A DNA stretch of 64,000 nucleotides from the human T2T-CHM13v2.0 reference genome, Homo sapiens, in assembly GCF_009914755.1 (NCBI RefSeq), contig NC_060940.1; one strand, given 5' to 3'. This document shows positions 1 through 16,212 of the stretch, one piece after another. The stretch's first letter is position 1. The number at the start of each line of letters is the position of its first letter. Position numbers and translations under genes: made by a program. Under the pieces are notes generated by a model that was not told where the DNA came from, searched no databases, and was given only the letters and a program-made list of their open reading frames with translations.

Positions 1-859
1 TCCGCTCATCCACGACTTCCAGAAAGCCTGCAGGAAAGAGGCCTTTTCATTTTGCTTAAGTACAGTTTCCCAAAAACAAATTTGCCGGCACAGTCCTCTT
101 GTCAGAGAACACACGCCTCACACATTTTGGGAAAGGCTTTTCTACCCTATTGGGCTTACGCAATCAGCCTCAGCCCACCGAGTAGTTGGGGGCCACAGCC
201 ATGCACCACCAGACCTGGCTGCTGATGTGTTTTTTGTAGAGACGGTGTCTCGCGTGCTGTCCAGGCTTCCTCTTCGTTTTTATGTAGCCTGATGTCATAT
301 TGCCACAGGTCTCTACAAATGTTTCCTGAGTGTTATAATTCAGTGTGATTTGAGTAGTGTGCACATTAGATTGAACGGTGTCCGACTGATGGGAACGGAC
401 TGAAGCTGTGTCCTTTGGGAGAGCCAGTTCTAGGCCATGTGGAGAGTTGAGGAGGCCTCGAGGGTGTTCGTAGCCACCCATCGCTGGAGCCACCTCAAGC
501 CATGATGCCTCAGGTTCCCACCCAGTCTACCCGAAGCAGAGGGTTGGCTTGTGGCTGAGACATACCCTGGAGGGGCGTCCAGGGACCTCCTATTGCTAGT
601 GTACACTTTGTTTCCTCTGCTCCACAGGAAAGGAGATGCAGAGTTGTGGGCCCCGCCAGGAGTTTAGAGCAGGCCCCCCCCAACCCTGTGCGCAGTGGGG
701 AAGAGAGCCTGACCTTCCCAGCAGCTGGACAGTCGTCCCCTCCCTGTTCAATGAAGAATCCCCTCTGTCCCTGAGATGCCACCTCTCTGGGCGTGCCTGG
801 GTCTGCCTCTGGACCTCCTGCCTCCTCCTTCTGGCCGCCGGTTTTCATGTGCTGCGATG

Positions 860-1800
860 GCACTGGCTTAATTATACAGGCTTTTTAGGATGTTTAATGT
901 CTCAGAGGGCGTGTCTGGCGTGTCTTTTCATTTCCAGGGTTTTCTTGGCTGTTCTTGGGGTGCGATTTTTCATGTGAACTTGGGTGTCAGCTTGTCTGGC
1001 TCCTTAAAGAAGCTCATTGGTGTTTTTGCTGGGATTGTGTTAAATTTATCAGTCAGTGTAGGAAGGACTGACTTGTGGGCGATTCCGAGCTGCGCTCTCC
1101 CAGTGCAAGAGGCGTCTCCCCATTATTCATGCACGCTTTGTGTCAGGTTTCAAAACCCCCATTTATTCATGCACACTTTGTATCAGGCGTCTCCCCATTT
1201 ATTCACACGCTTCATGTCTCTCAGGCGTCTCCCCATTTATTCACAGGCTTCATGTCACGTGTCTCCCCATTTATTCACACACGCTTCATGTCTCTCAGGC
1301 GTCTCCCCATTTATTCACACACACTTCATGTCTCTCAGGCATCTCCCCATTTATTCACACACACTTCATGTCTCTCAGGCATCTCCCCATTCACATGCTT
1401 CATGTCAGGCGTCTCCCCATTTATTCACGCACGCTTCATGTCTCTCAGGCGTCTCCCCACTTATTCACACACACTTTGTGTCTCTCAGGAATCAGCTCTG
1501 CACATTTCTGGTGAAATGTGTTGATATTTTATTCCTAAGTACTTTTTTCTTCTTTCTTGCTATTGTAAATGCGGTTTTCTCCACTCTGCCTCCTAACTGG
1601 TTATAATCTGTGTCTGTGAAGACACTGATTTCTATGTTAATTTTTTTATCCTCTGCCTTTCCAAGTTTCTTCATTGTTTGTTTGAATTGGCTTTATCAAT
1701 TCTCTGGGTTTTTCATGTATAGTATCATATCATTTTGCAAATCTGAGCTCGTTTTGCTCCTTGTTTTCGTGTTCTTGTGCCTCTAGTGGGCTCCCCTTGT
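860..1800 (-). mobile_element. Old L1M-type fragment, interrupted by a minisatellite
   Basis: T-rich L1-like phrases (attgtgttaaatttat..., tattgtaaatg...). Confidence 0.45.
1105..1490. repeat. ~40-bp imperfect minisatellite, ~9 copies
   Basis: Unit TCAGGCGTCTCCCCATTTATTCACACACACTTCATGTCTC. Confidence 0.9.
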
Positions 1801-1888
1801 CCAGTCAGGGGGTGCCTCCACACAGGGACAGGTGGTTGCGGAGACTCCTGGGGGAGCTCCTCCTATTCCCCAGTGAGTAAGGTGCTGA

Positions 1889-2262
<374 letters not shown>

Positions 2263-2532
2263 TCACTTCCTATTTTCTTGAGTATTTTTTATCAAAAAGG
2301 CTATTGAATTTTTGTTAGACATTTTTATCATCTGTGAATAGAACCCTTTGACTTCTGGCCTGCTCTTAGATGTAGTTTGTGAACGGATTTCCTAACCTTG
2401 AGCCAACCTTGCGCTCCTGGAGTAAACCCCACTGCGTCACGGTCTGTTACTTTCTGTCCCTAATGTTTCGTGTGGTCTTTTTACGCCAGTGCTCCTAAGT
2501 GATGAGAGTTCTTTTTCATTGGCCCTTTTCAG

Positions 2533-2650
2533 ACTCGAGCCTTACGCAGACCCTTATTATGACTATGAAATTGAGCGGTTTTGGCGTGGCGGACAGTATG
2601 AGAATTTCAGGGTGCAGTATACAGAAACAGAGCCGTATCATAATTACCGA
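2533..2650 (+). CDS. ZC3H18: ZC3H18 coding exon (~exon 7)
   Basis: ttttcAG|A ... CGA|GTAAGT; encodes LEPYADPYYDYEIERFWRGGQYENFRVQYTETEPYHNYR. Confidence 0.92.
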
Positions 2651-2894
2651 GTAAGTATGACTTCAATATCCACATATGAACTTCATGATCTGTTCATTCA
2701 AGTTATCCCTTTTTATTTATAGTAAAAAATACAGGGCTTTATATGAGCTTATAGAGCCAGCACAATGTACCAATTTGAAAACCAAATTGATTGTTACGGA
2801 GAACGAATTCAGAGGCAGCGATTACATTAATGGTCATTTGAACAAAGACTTGCCTGAAAACTGGTTCTTGCTATGGTTTTGTTTTTTTGTGTGG

Positions 2895-3510
<616 letters not shown>

Positions 3511-4871
3511 GGTTTTGAAAATGAGATTTGCCAGTATACTTACTGATGCCTGTGTCCAGGGGTGCCTGCGTCTCCCTGCACGGGCGTGTCACTCTTCCCC
3601 ACCCCTCAGTGATCCCGTTTAGGATGTGGCGCCTGTTCTGGTCCACTTCAGCCAGCTTGTTAAGTCTGTTCCGGGCCTGCTGCACCTCACTGCTCTCATG
3701 GAAGACTGGTCTATACTGAGATTTCCGCCCTGGAAATCTCCCTGGTCTGAGCCTCAGAGTTTAGCGTATTGATGAGTTATGTGCTTCAGACTGTGAGTTC
3801 CTCATCTTAGCTGTTAGGGTGATTTGACGAAGTTGCCCCAGGGAAGGGTCAGTTAGAAGCTGCTGTGTAGTTCTGTTCTGTGACTGCAGGGACAGTCATG
3901 AGCTTTGAGGACCAGGTGCGGCTGTCTCCTCAGGAGCCCATCAGGGTGAGCTTGCAGAGGGAAGAGGGCCCCATCGTGCCAGAAAAGTCCCCCTGCTCGA
4001 TGCTCTTGTGCCCCGTCTCTCCATAAAGCAGCTTCCTCATTGCAGGTGGGCTGCAGGGTCCTGCTGCTTACCCCTGGGCAGGGTACCCTGGAAGGTGGGA
4101 GAAAGCCCCAGGGATCCCTTTCCACTGCGTTCCTCTCTGCTGTGTCCGAGGGAGGGGCAGCAGGGAGGCTCGGGGTGCACCCTGCATCTCCCCAACAGAG
4201 GCCTCAAGCCTGAAACCCATCAGGTGCGTTGTGATTGGACTTTATTCAGTTTTAACCTTGAATATTAGAGCAAATGAATGAGTAAGAGCAGAGGAAAAGT
4301 TGGAAAGGGCATCTGAGGATTGTACTAGAAGAAGAGGAGCAGTCTTTTGGGTGCCTGCTCTGCTCCAGAGGCAGGGCATGTGCTCTGCTGTGGCTGCACC
4401 TACCTGGGACAAGCCTGGAACTCCCGTCTCTGGATGGACAAATGGACTTGCCCAGGCCACACGGCGGAAGGCCATCTGTGCCAACGACACCGGGCTGTGA
4501 CTGCAGAATTGCTGCCCTGAGTTAGTCTAGAATTGGTGGTTGGGATGATTTCACTCCTAGTTTGTGTTTGCTCTAATTTGGCATCTGACCCGGTTTTTAA
4601 CATTGTGTTTTAAGGAGAGAGCTGGGAATGAGATGAGATCCCCACTTGAGGGTGCTCCCTGATCCTGCCTCTCTCTTGCCATCTCCTCTGTACTCCACCG
4701 CAGAGAGTTCAATCATAGTCGGGAGCACTTGGCGTTTTGTGTGTAGGTTTGTGGGGTACAGGTGTGATTCTGTGACACAGACAGATCGCGTGGTGTTGGA
4801 GCCAAGGCTTTCAGTGCCTCTGTCACCCAAATAACGCACGGTGTCCCCATGTGTTTGGCTTTTTAACAAAG

Positions 4872-5140
4872 GAAAGGGAGCGGGAGCGAGAGAGAGAGAA
4901 CAGACAGCGCGAGCGCGAGCGGGAGCGGGAGCGGGACCGAGAGCGGGAGCGCCGGCAGAGGGAGCGCGAGCGAGAGCGGGAGCGCGAGCGCGACAAGGAG
5001 CGGCAGCGGAGGAAGGAGGAGTGGGAGCGTGAGCGAGCCAAGCGGGACGAGAAGGACCGGCAGCACCGTGACCGCGACCGGGAGAAGGAGCGGGAGAAGG
5101 AGAAGGGGAAGCCCAAGCCCCGCTCCCCGCAGCCGCCAAG
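4872..5140 (+). CDS. ZC3H18: ZC3H18 coding exon (~exon 8), RE/RD charged repeat
   Basis: aaAG|GAA ... AG|GTAGAC; ERERERE...KPKPRSPQPP. Confidence 0.92.
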
Positions 5141-5839
5141 GTAGACCCTGCTTCCTGAAGCCCAGGGGTGTGGGGGAGGTCCGGCATGCAGCTCTGTACC
5201 TAGTCCCCCTGGCCTGCGCTTCCCCTCTGTGGCCCACAGCTCTGGAGCCCAGGGGACCAGTGCAGGCCCACAGCCCGAGCCCATAGTTCCAAACCCAGAG
5301 CTCTCCAACGCAGGGCCTTTCTGTAAAACTCCCAAGGCCGTGACATCTGCCCTGAGCTCCTGGGAGGCTGTTCTCATTCTAGAGGATCTCACTGATGTGA
5401 AAATGCTTACAGTCCACGTGCAAACATCGGTGTGTTTTAATAGGCGCTGCCCTTGTATACCACGCACGGTGTGTAACTCACACCCTGGGCACCATGTTAC
5501 TGTTCTCAGGAGAGTTCTGAATTCCAAAGCATGCCTGGCCCCCAGAGCTTGGGACTGGGCTCAGGTGCTGTGGGGCATCCGTGTTGCTGGCCAGGGTGAG
5601 GCACTCTAGCAGCCAGCATGCAGGGGAGGGCCGGGCGGGCTGCTGTTTTTCCTTTGCGGAGTGGGTGCCTTGGGTGCAGAATGATCCTTGCTGCCAACTG
5701 CTGGGGGCACAGTCAAGACCCATGAGACAGGCAGGCGCTGGGGCTCAGGACAGCCCTTTTTTTCTCTCAAATATACTTGACTGTTAGAGCAGAATGGATG
5801 GGCGTCAGTGGACATTAGAGTACTGGATGATGTTTTTGG

Positions 5840-7500
<1,661 letters not shown>

Positions 7501-8504
7501 ATCCAGGCTGGGTGACAGAGAGAGACCCTGTCTCAAAAAAAGGGGGGGTGTCGATGAGAGCATGAACGTTGCTCCGTCTCAGGGTTGGTTTGTGTCACCG
7601 TCCCCGTGGGGGTGAAATGCAAGGAGGGATCAAGGCAGTTCCTTATTGGGAAACAGCCCGAGATCCTTCCAGGGCCATGGCCTGCAGGACTTCCCAGTCA
7701 GGAGTCTGTACTTCCAACTCAGGGATGTTGTTTGACTTGGCTCTCATAAAAATCCACATTTGGGCCTACACCTTCCAGTAACACTGGACTCCGCTAGACC
7801 TGCAGGCATGGGCAGCTTCGTGGCTGGAGCCACACAGTGGCCACACTTGGAGGGGCCACAGTTCTCATGCTCCCCTCAGAGACCTGGCAGCCATCAGGAC
7901 CTGCGACTGTGGCTCTGGAAGGATTTGCTTTCCACCACGGGACAAAAACAAGCCCCTTGTCCTCCTCATCTTGTCCGTGTGGCTGGACGACACCCGCTCT
8001 TGTGTACAGTGGAACACAAGTCATCTACGCTTTTCTGAAAGTCAGCTCTCAGGCAGGACTTCGCAGGCCTTTGTTTCAGGGTCACTCATGGCTGTAGCTG
8101 CTGCTTAGCCGGTGGCAAGTGCCAGTTTTGACTGTTTTCATTCTCCAGCTCACAGTGAATGGACTTCCCTAAATGTGCTGTATTTGTCATACTTTCCTAA
8201 CACTAGGCAAAGTAATCTTCTTAAAGAACATTCAGAATAAGTGACATATTTCAGATGTTTTTAATCCTTTTATGTTACAGTAATCTCTAAGTTATTTTGA
8301 AGTTTACATGGTCATCCAAACGGGGAAACCGTCATTGACCTTGACATTGTGCCGCCTTCTTCAGCCTTTCAAGCCCTTTTGGATAGAAGCCCTTCCCCTA
8401 CAGCACACACAGTATTTTCAGTGTGCACTCAGCCTAAGGCTGCCTTCTCCCCTGAGACCCCACTGCAAAGGTGCAGCCCAGCACCCCGTGCACACACCCC
8501 CAGC

Positions 8505-9095
8505 CGCTCCCTCTGCCCAGATGGGCTGCCCCCATTTCCTCCATTCCGTCTGCCTGGACGGGCTGCCCCACCTCCTGTTCCCTCTGCCCAGATGGGCTGC
8601 CCCCACCTCCTCCATTCCCTCTGCGTTTGACAGGCTGCCCCCACCTCCTCCGTTCCCTCTGCCTGGACGGGCTGCCCCCACCTGCTCCGTTCCCTCTGCC
8701 TGGACGGGCTGCCCCCACCTGCTCCGTTCCCTCTGCCTGGACGGGCTGCCCCCACCTGCTCCGTTCCCTCTGCCTGGACGGGCTGCCCCCACCTGCTCCG
8801 TTCCCTCTGCCTGGACGGGCTGCCCCCACCTGCTCCGTTCCCTCTGCCTGGACGGGCTGCCCCCACCTGCTCCGTTCCCTCTGCCTGGACGGGCTGCCCC
8901 CACCTGCTCCGTTCCCTCTGCCTGGACGGGCTGCCCCCACCTGCTCCGTTCCCTCTGCCTGGACGGGCTGCCCCCACCTCCTCCGTTCCCTCTGCCTTTG
9001 ACAGGCTGCCCCCACCTCCTCCGTTCCCTCTGCCTGGACGGGCTGCCCCCACCTCCTCCGTTCCCTCTGCCCGGACGGGCTGCCTCTACCTCCTC
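8505..9095. repeat. 37-bp GC-rich VNTR, ~16 copies
   Basis: Unit CTGCCTGGACGGGCTGCCCCCACCTGCTCCGTTCCCT. Confidence 0.95.
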
Positions 9096-12000
9096 CAGGG
9101 TTTTGCTCAGATTCCTCTGCACAGGGAAGTCTCCCCATCCCCTCCTGCTTGCCAGCCTGCTTTCTTGTTCCTCATGGCCCTCAGTGCCCATCTGGAGCCC
9201 TTGCAGCAGATGGTCCTGGGGCACCACCGTCTGCCCTGCTCCCCGTTGCAGCCTCTGTGCCTGTCCCAGAGTCCCGCACAGGTTGGTGCTTACCCACATT
9301 TGGGGGTGCTGTCCGTGAGTTTTGGATTTGGTATCAGCCTGCATTTTTACCTGCATGTCATAATTGATTGTTACAGGGTTGCTAAAATTGCACATTGATT
9401 TCTACAAACAGAACCAGCTGAGTCTGCTTTCCAGATTCACAAAATAGGGGTTTTCACGCCACCCAGATCATTGGTTTTAGAAGCAGAGACATAGAAAGGC
9501 AGTGATATCCACGTGGAAGGTCACTGTGCTGTGTGGCTCTGGGTTTATGAGTCCGTCAGCATGTCCACTTTGGTGGCTTATGGGCACACGTGCCTGGCCA
9601 CAGACCCCCTTCCCCAGCCCCTAGTCATGTATTCTGCCTGTTTCTAAGCAGCCGGGGGCTCTTCCCAGTCAGGAGTCTGTAATTCCAACTCAGGGATGTT
9701 TTCTGTGTACAAGAATGTACTTCTGGAGTACGCGTTAGAGGGCCGCCATGCCTAAGGTTGCTGTGTTCCTCTGCTGTGGCCCGCACTTTAGTGACCCGCG
9801 GAATGGGAGGGCAGATTCCCGACTGCTGTGCCCGTCTCCTGTGTGCTCAGCCTCCCCAGAGGAAAGCGGGTGACGGATCCCAGGAGGCTTGGAGAGGGTA
9901 ACTCTGCCAGCATGGCCACCAGGCAGCAGGTTGCCATCGCCAGCCCCTGAGCCCTCAGCTTCACAGAGGAGTCTTACATTCAGGAAGGGACTGGGAGGTG
10001 CTCAGATGTTGTCTGGCCTGATCTGGGCTCACAGCTAGGGTTCAGGAAACTCTGTACTAAATGAGTTTTTCTTAAAATCAAACACAGCTGCTCTCACCAA
10101 ACTGGGCCGAGCCGCTCTTCCCACCTGTTTCTGACCTGGTTCATTTCCCTTCTGCGAGGCTCACGTCCCTTTCTTTCCTTCCTGAAGCACTTGCTTGTGC
10201 TCCTGGGGCTGCCCTCAGCCCCTTCTCGGAGCTGCCAGCAGCAGGGCTGACGTTCTCTGCGTCGCTTGCCTGGATTCATTCAGCCGGCTTCCGGGTGCTG
10301 GGGAGTCCCCGGTCTTGGCTTCACTCACCTTTGCGGGAGCCCTGCCAGGCCCGCTACCTGCCTGGAGGACAAGGGTTTCCCCAGCGCAGAATTTCCAGCC
10401 AGTGCTCCTGCTTCCTTCTCCCTTATCAGCCAGAACTGGCCTGGCTGCCTTTTCAGGAGCAGCTGAATTCCCTTTGCAGTAATACACGTATTGAATGGGT
10501 GGGTCTTTGGCAGGTTGGGAGTTTGTAATCATTAGGTGGATAGAAAGAACTTTTCTCACCTAAACTGGAAGAAAATGACACAGTTTTACCCAGGGAGATC
10601 CATTTGGGAAGATTCTGCCTTCAGCTACCAAGCAGAACACGAATGAGGGGCTCTGCAGTGTCCAGCACAGCTGCACCAGGGCTAGGCCTTGCATGGGGGC
10701 TACACCCTAGTGAAGCGCAGTCACTTTTGTTTCGTCTGAAGCGCGGCCCAGGCTCGTTATAGCAGGCACTTCACCACCCCAAGCTTCACGAGAGGGGGCA
10801 CAGTCGTGCAGCGGGAGGAGCGAGAGTCGGCCACTGTTTGGGTGCCATGGGTGTCCTGGGTAGAGTTGAGGGCCTCCCCCGGGAAGGATAATGCTGAGCC
10901 CCAATAGGAAACACTGCCCTGAGCTATCTGATGGCCAGCCCTCTGTCCATGGGGGAGCCATTTCTTTTCCTTATCTCTAAGCTAATACCCCTCTTTCCTG
11001 AGGTTCTCTCTTACTGCCTAAGCTGTTTGGCTCTGGGAGTTACTGGCTAGCTTGTCCCCGTCGGGATCTCATCCCCATCGGTATCTCTGGCAGGGCTTCT
11101 TGACCAGCTCCCCCTGGACCTGCGGCTGGAGACGGAGTTGTGCCGCTCTCTCCGTCCTAGTTTGCCTTTTGAGGCTTACCCACTCCTCCACCTGGGCTGT
11201 TTTAAAATGATTAGAGCAGAACCTTTCAATCAATTCTATCAAATGCATCTGTAGAGCTAAGGGGGCGGTCCCTTATGTGAAACCTAATCTTTATAGCTAG
11301 GCCGATGGGTGTGCTCACCGCCGAGGCACGTCATTACGATGCTCTTTGGCTAGTCATTGTCATTAGAAATGTAAACACTGATTGGGGACCTTCCCGCAGG
11401 AGCTGTCTGGGCTGCCTGCTGTCTCCAAGCTATTCAACTTCCAGGTTTACCTTTGCAGCTTTGGGTGCCCCTTCAGGGCTTGAGCTTGGCAGGCTCCTGC
11501 GGTGGGGTTGTGGGGTGGACCCCTGAGACTGGAAGCACTCGCCCCCCAGCACCTACTCACCCCGGGCTCTTCATTCTCACTCTTCCCTGGTAAGTTCCGG
11601 ACACCGCAGAGTCCGCACCCCTTTGGCGGCCCATCCAGTGGGCGCCTGCTTCCTGGGCCACCGCTTCATGCTCAGTTTTTTGGGCTGAGCCCTCTCATCT
11701 GCCAGTTTGAGGCACCCCAGGAGTCTCAAGATCTCTGCTGGGAGTGGGCCAGGCTACACAGTCTTCTTCAGAGGGATTTGTGACTCCCCTAGAAAGGTTA
11801 AGAAACCCTATTTTAGACCAGCCTTCTGGGTAAGGGACTAGTGGAGTTAGGGATTTTCATGTGCAGTTGAACGCACAGAAGGCGCAGTTGCTGGTGTTTG
11901 TATCTGCTCTGCGCTGAGACTGGCTCTTGCAGGTGTGAGTGAGGCCGCCTGGCCTTCTGCACAAGTCACAGAGAAGGTGACGGCCACTCAGGTCGTCCAT

Positions 12001-12999
12001 TGGACTCCACTTTTTTTTTTTTTTGCAAAGTGTAAAGACATGGGGCGGGCACTCCAGGTCTGCTTTGGGCTTTTTCTGTTACGTTTTAAGGGAGGTGGGG
12101 AGAGCATGTGGCCCGTAGCTAAATGCTCCACAGGCACTCACAGAACAAGCCAGGAGAGAAGCTTTGCTGTGGAGGTGCTCCCAGAGCTGCCTCTGAGCAG
12201 GCTCAGCCCGGGGAGGCCCATAGGCTCCCATCTCCCTTTTCCCTTGTTGATGTAGATGCTTAGCTCTTTTGATTGAAGAAAGAACCTTCATGCGTTTTTA
12301 TCCTTTTTCACCTTTGACCCCAAACTTGACAGCTGCTGGGGTTGGAGTTTCTGGACACGTGGCCTGTAGCAGCCTGGCATCTGTGGCGCCTCGTGTGGCT
12401 GCTGGCATCGGTGAGGCATGAGCTATGAGTGTGCCAGCCTAGGGCCCTTGGTTTTGTCTGCCTCTGGCATGTTTGCATTGGTGGTGGAGCTGACCTTTGC
12501 CCCTTAGAGAGTCTCCTGTGGCCTTCAACGGGGAATGGGGGCCAGATGATAGCGCGGGCCTTGTGCTGCGGGAAAGGCTACTTCCTCAGTCAGAGGTCAT
12601 CTGGAGGGTTCTCCCCTGCGGTTGGAAGTGTTCATGCAAATTCCAGATCTGTCCTGGCCCAGCTTGGAGGTGGGCCTTCCTGACTGGGCCATCCCTTGCG
12701 AGCGTTCTCAGCCCACACTGGCTCCCTCTGCGCAGGCCCCTACTTGTGAAGGAGCTGAGCCGCACTCGGTGGGCTGTCCTGGGGCACCCATGTTGTGTGT
12801 TTTGGTTTTGTTTATTTTGTATCTGCCTGGTTTTTCCAAGTCTAATCAGGATGTCCCCTGGGGTGACATTCTTTGCTGAGAGAAGGGCACATGCCTCGGT
12901 TCCCTGGGCTGTAGAAAGCCAGTGCTCAGCCTTGCTTTCTGCCGCAGACTTGGTGCCCGGAGACTCGCTATCAAAGTGCAGTGGAGATAATGTCCAATG

Positions 13000-13120
13000 G
13001 GAGGCTGAGGCAGGAGAATGGCATGAGGCAGAGCTTGCAGTGAGCCAAGATCGCACCACCGTACTCCAGCCTGGGCAACAGAGCGAGGCTCTGTCTCAAA
13101 AAAAAGAAAAAAGGAAAAAA
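13000..13120 (+). mobile_element. 5'-truncated AluY-like right arm
   Basis: gaggctgaggcaggagaatggc...gagcttgcagtgagcc, followed by an A tail. Confidence 0.85.
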
Positions 13121-14117
13121 ATGGTTATCTGCATCCTGGTTAAAATCAGTACCACCACGTCCCACACGTGGTAACATGGACTTGCTGGATAGGACCTCCT
13201 TGCTCCATGGGCCTGGAAGCAGCTGCTTCAGAAGGAAGGTGGTGCGGCCGGCGGCAGCGGAGGGCGCGCTGTGCAGTGACGAGATGGTGCAGGCCCGTCC
13301 ACAGCCCTGGCCCAGAGAAGGAGAGACCTCACTGACCCCTGCTGGGCCTGCCTCTGGCCATCTTCATTTTGAAATTCGGTATCATTGTCTCCAGAGGGAA
13401 TGAGCAGCTCTTTCTGGGGGGCAAGCACCAGCTGCCCTGAGATTGTGGAGGCCTGCACTGCCCGCCTCTCTGGACCTCAGCTGGTTTTATTTCCATGCCG
13501 TGGCAGGGGGCAAGCAGACGCTGTTTTTCCTTCCCCCTCACCGCAGCTAGGACTCCACATGCTGTTACAGCTTCACCCGAAGAAGAGGTGGTCCTGACCA
13601 CGCCTTGACTTCTGCCCGTTCCCTCTCCCTGTGTTGGAAGGGCCGCGCTGTCCCTGTGACTTATTGGTGCTCCCTTTCCTCTTGGGGTGTTAGGATGAGA
13701 GTTATACAGGAAGTATAAAGGTGAAAGTAGCTCTCTAGTAGCCTGTGACAGGGAGGATCATCAGACAGGTGTTTACTTCCTTCCTGGATTACTTTTCCAG
13801 GAGACACCCAGATGTGGCAATAGCTCTTGGGGTTTTGGGCTGACGTACAGGAGCTGAAGCTGTGATGTCGCGTGTCCGTGTCCTTAGGACAGTGTTAAGT
13901 GGGGAGCTGCCCCCATCCTGCATTCTCAGCAGATAGCAGGCATGTTTGCCAGCCGGTTGGTTAAACAAGCTCTGAAAACATAAACATTGATGGTTTTGGT
14001 GGTTTCATGTGTTGTCGTGTGACGTAAGCAGATGCTACCACAGCAGAGCCAGAGGTGAGCAAGACGTAGGGCAGAGAATCCCACTCACAGTAACACAGGA
14101 ACTAAAACAGCTTTTTA

Positions 14118-15613
<1,496 letters not shown>

Positions 15614-16020
15614 CTTATTTCATAAATATTTATTATGAACCTACTAGTATATCAGCACTAGAGATAGTATTAGACACGGCAGACACCATCCCTGTCCCTC
15701 CTAGAGCTGACAGCGTAGTTGGAAAGATGGAAATTAAGTAAGTAATGACACTCACAGAAAGTAACTGCCATTCTGGTTCAGGAGAAATCTGGGTGTTCCC
15801 CTGAGTAACAGACACTGAGCCAAGGGCCATGGACATCACCCAAGTCCATGTGGTGATGGGTTTTGTGAGTGGCCTTTTTTCCCCTTAGGACCCTTTGTTT
15901 CTCAGGTGATCCTTAAATAAGCCAGGTATGAGATCCATAGTCTCTCCCGCTGCTGTCACACCCGGCATTGCTGTGAAGCGGAAGGTGGCCTGAGAGTTGC
16001 TAATGCCTCTGTAATTTCAG

Positions 16021-16212
16021 CCGCCAAGCTGAGCCACCAAAGAAGGAGGCTGCCACCACGGGGCCGCAGGTGAAGAGAGCAGATGAGTGGAAGGACCCTT
16101 GGCGCCGATCCAAGTCTCCCAAGAAGAAACTCGGGGTGTCGGTCTCCCCGAGCCGGGCTCGAAGGCGTCGGAAAACATCAGCCTCGTCAGCCTCTGCCTC
16201 TAATTCCTCCAG
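16021..16212 (+). CDS. ZC3H18: ZC3H18 coding exon (~exon 9)
   Basis: tttcAG|C ... AG|GTAAGG; RQAEPPKKEAATTGPQVKRADEWKDPWRRSKSPKKK... Confidence 0.92.

Noticed and set aside
890-1606. 238-aa and overlapping His/Ser-rich ORFs
   Set aside because: Derived from the minisatellite and L1 relic
4823-5527. Antisense 234-aa ORF with SRSRSR repeats resembling an SR protein
   Set aside because: Reverse complement of the ZC3H18 RE-repeat exon; non-ATG start and no RRM
8308-9395. Long ORFs (176-336 aa) and CRISPR-like periodicity
   Set aside because: Head-to-tail VNTR with no unique spacers or cas genes; human intron
11205-11385. Possible intronic C/D snoRNA (ATGATTA ... CTGA)
   Set aside because: C box is mismatched and there is no convincing terminal stem; a covariance-model search would be needed
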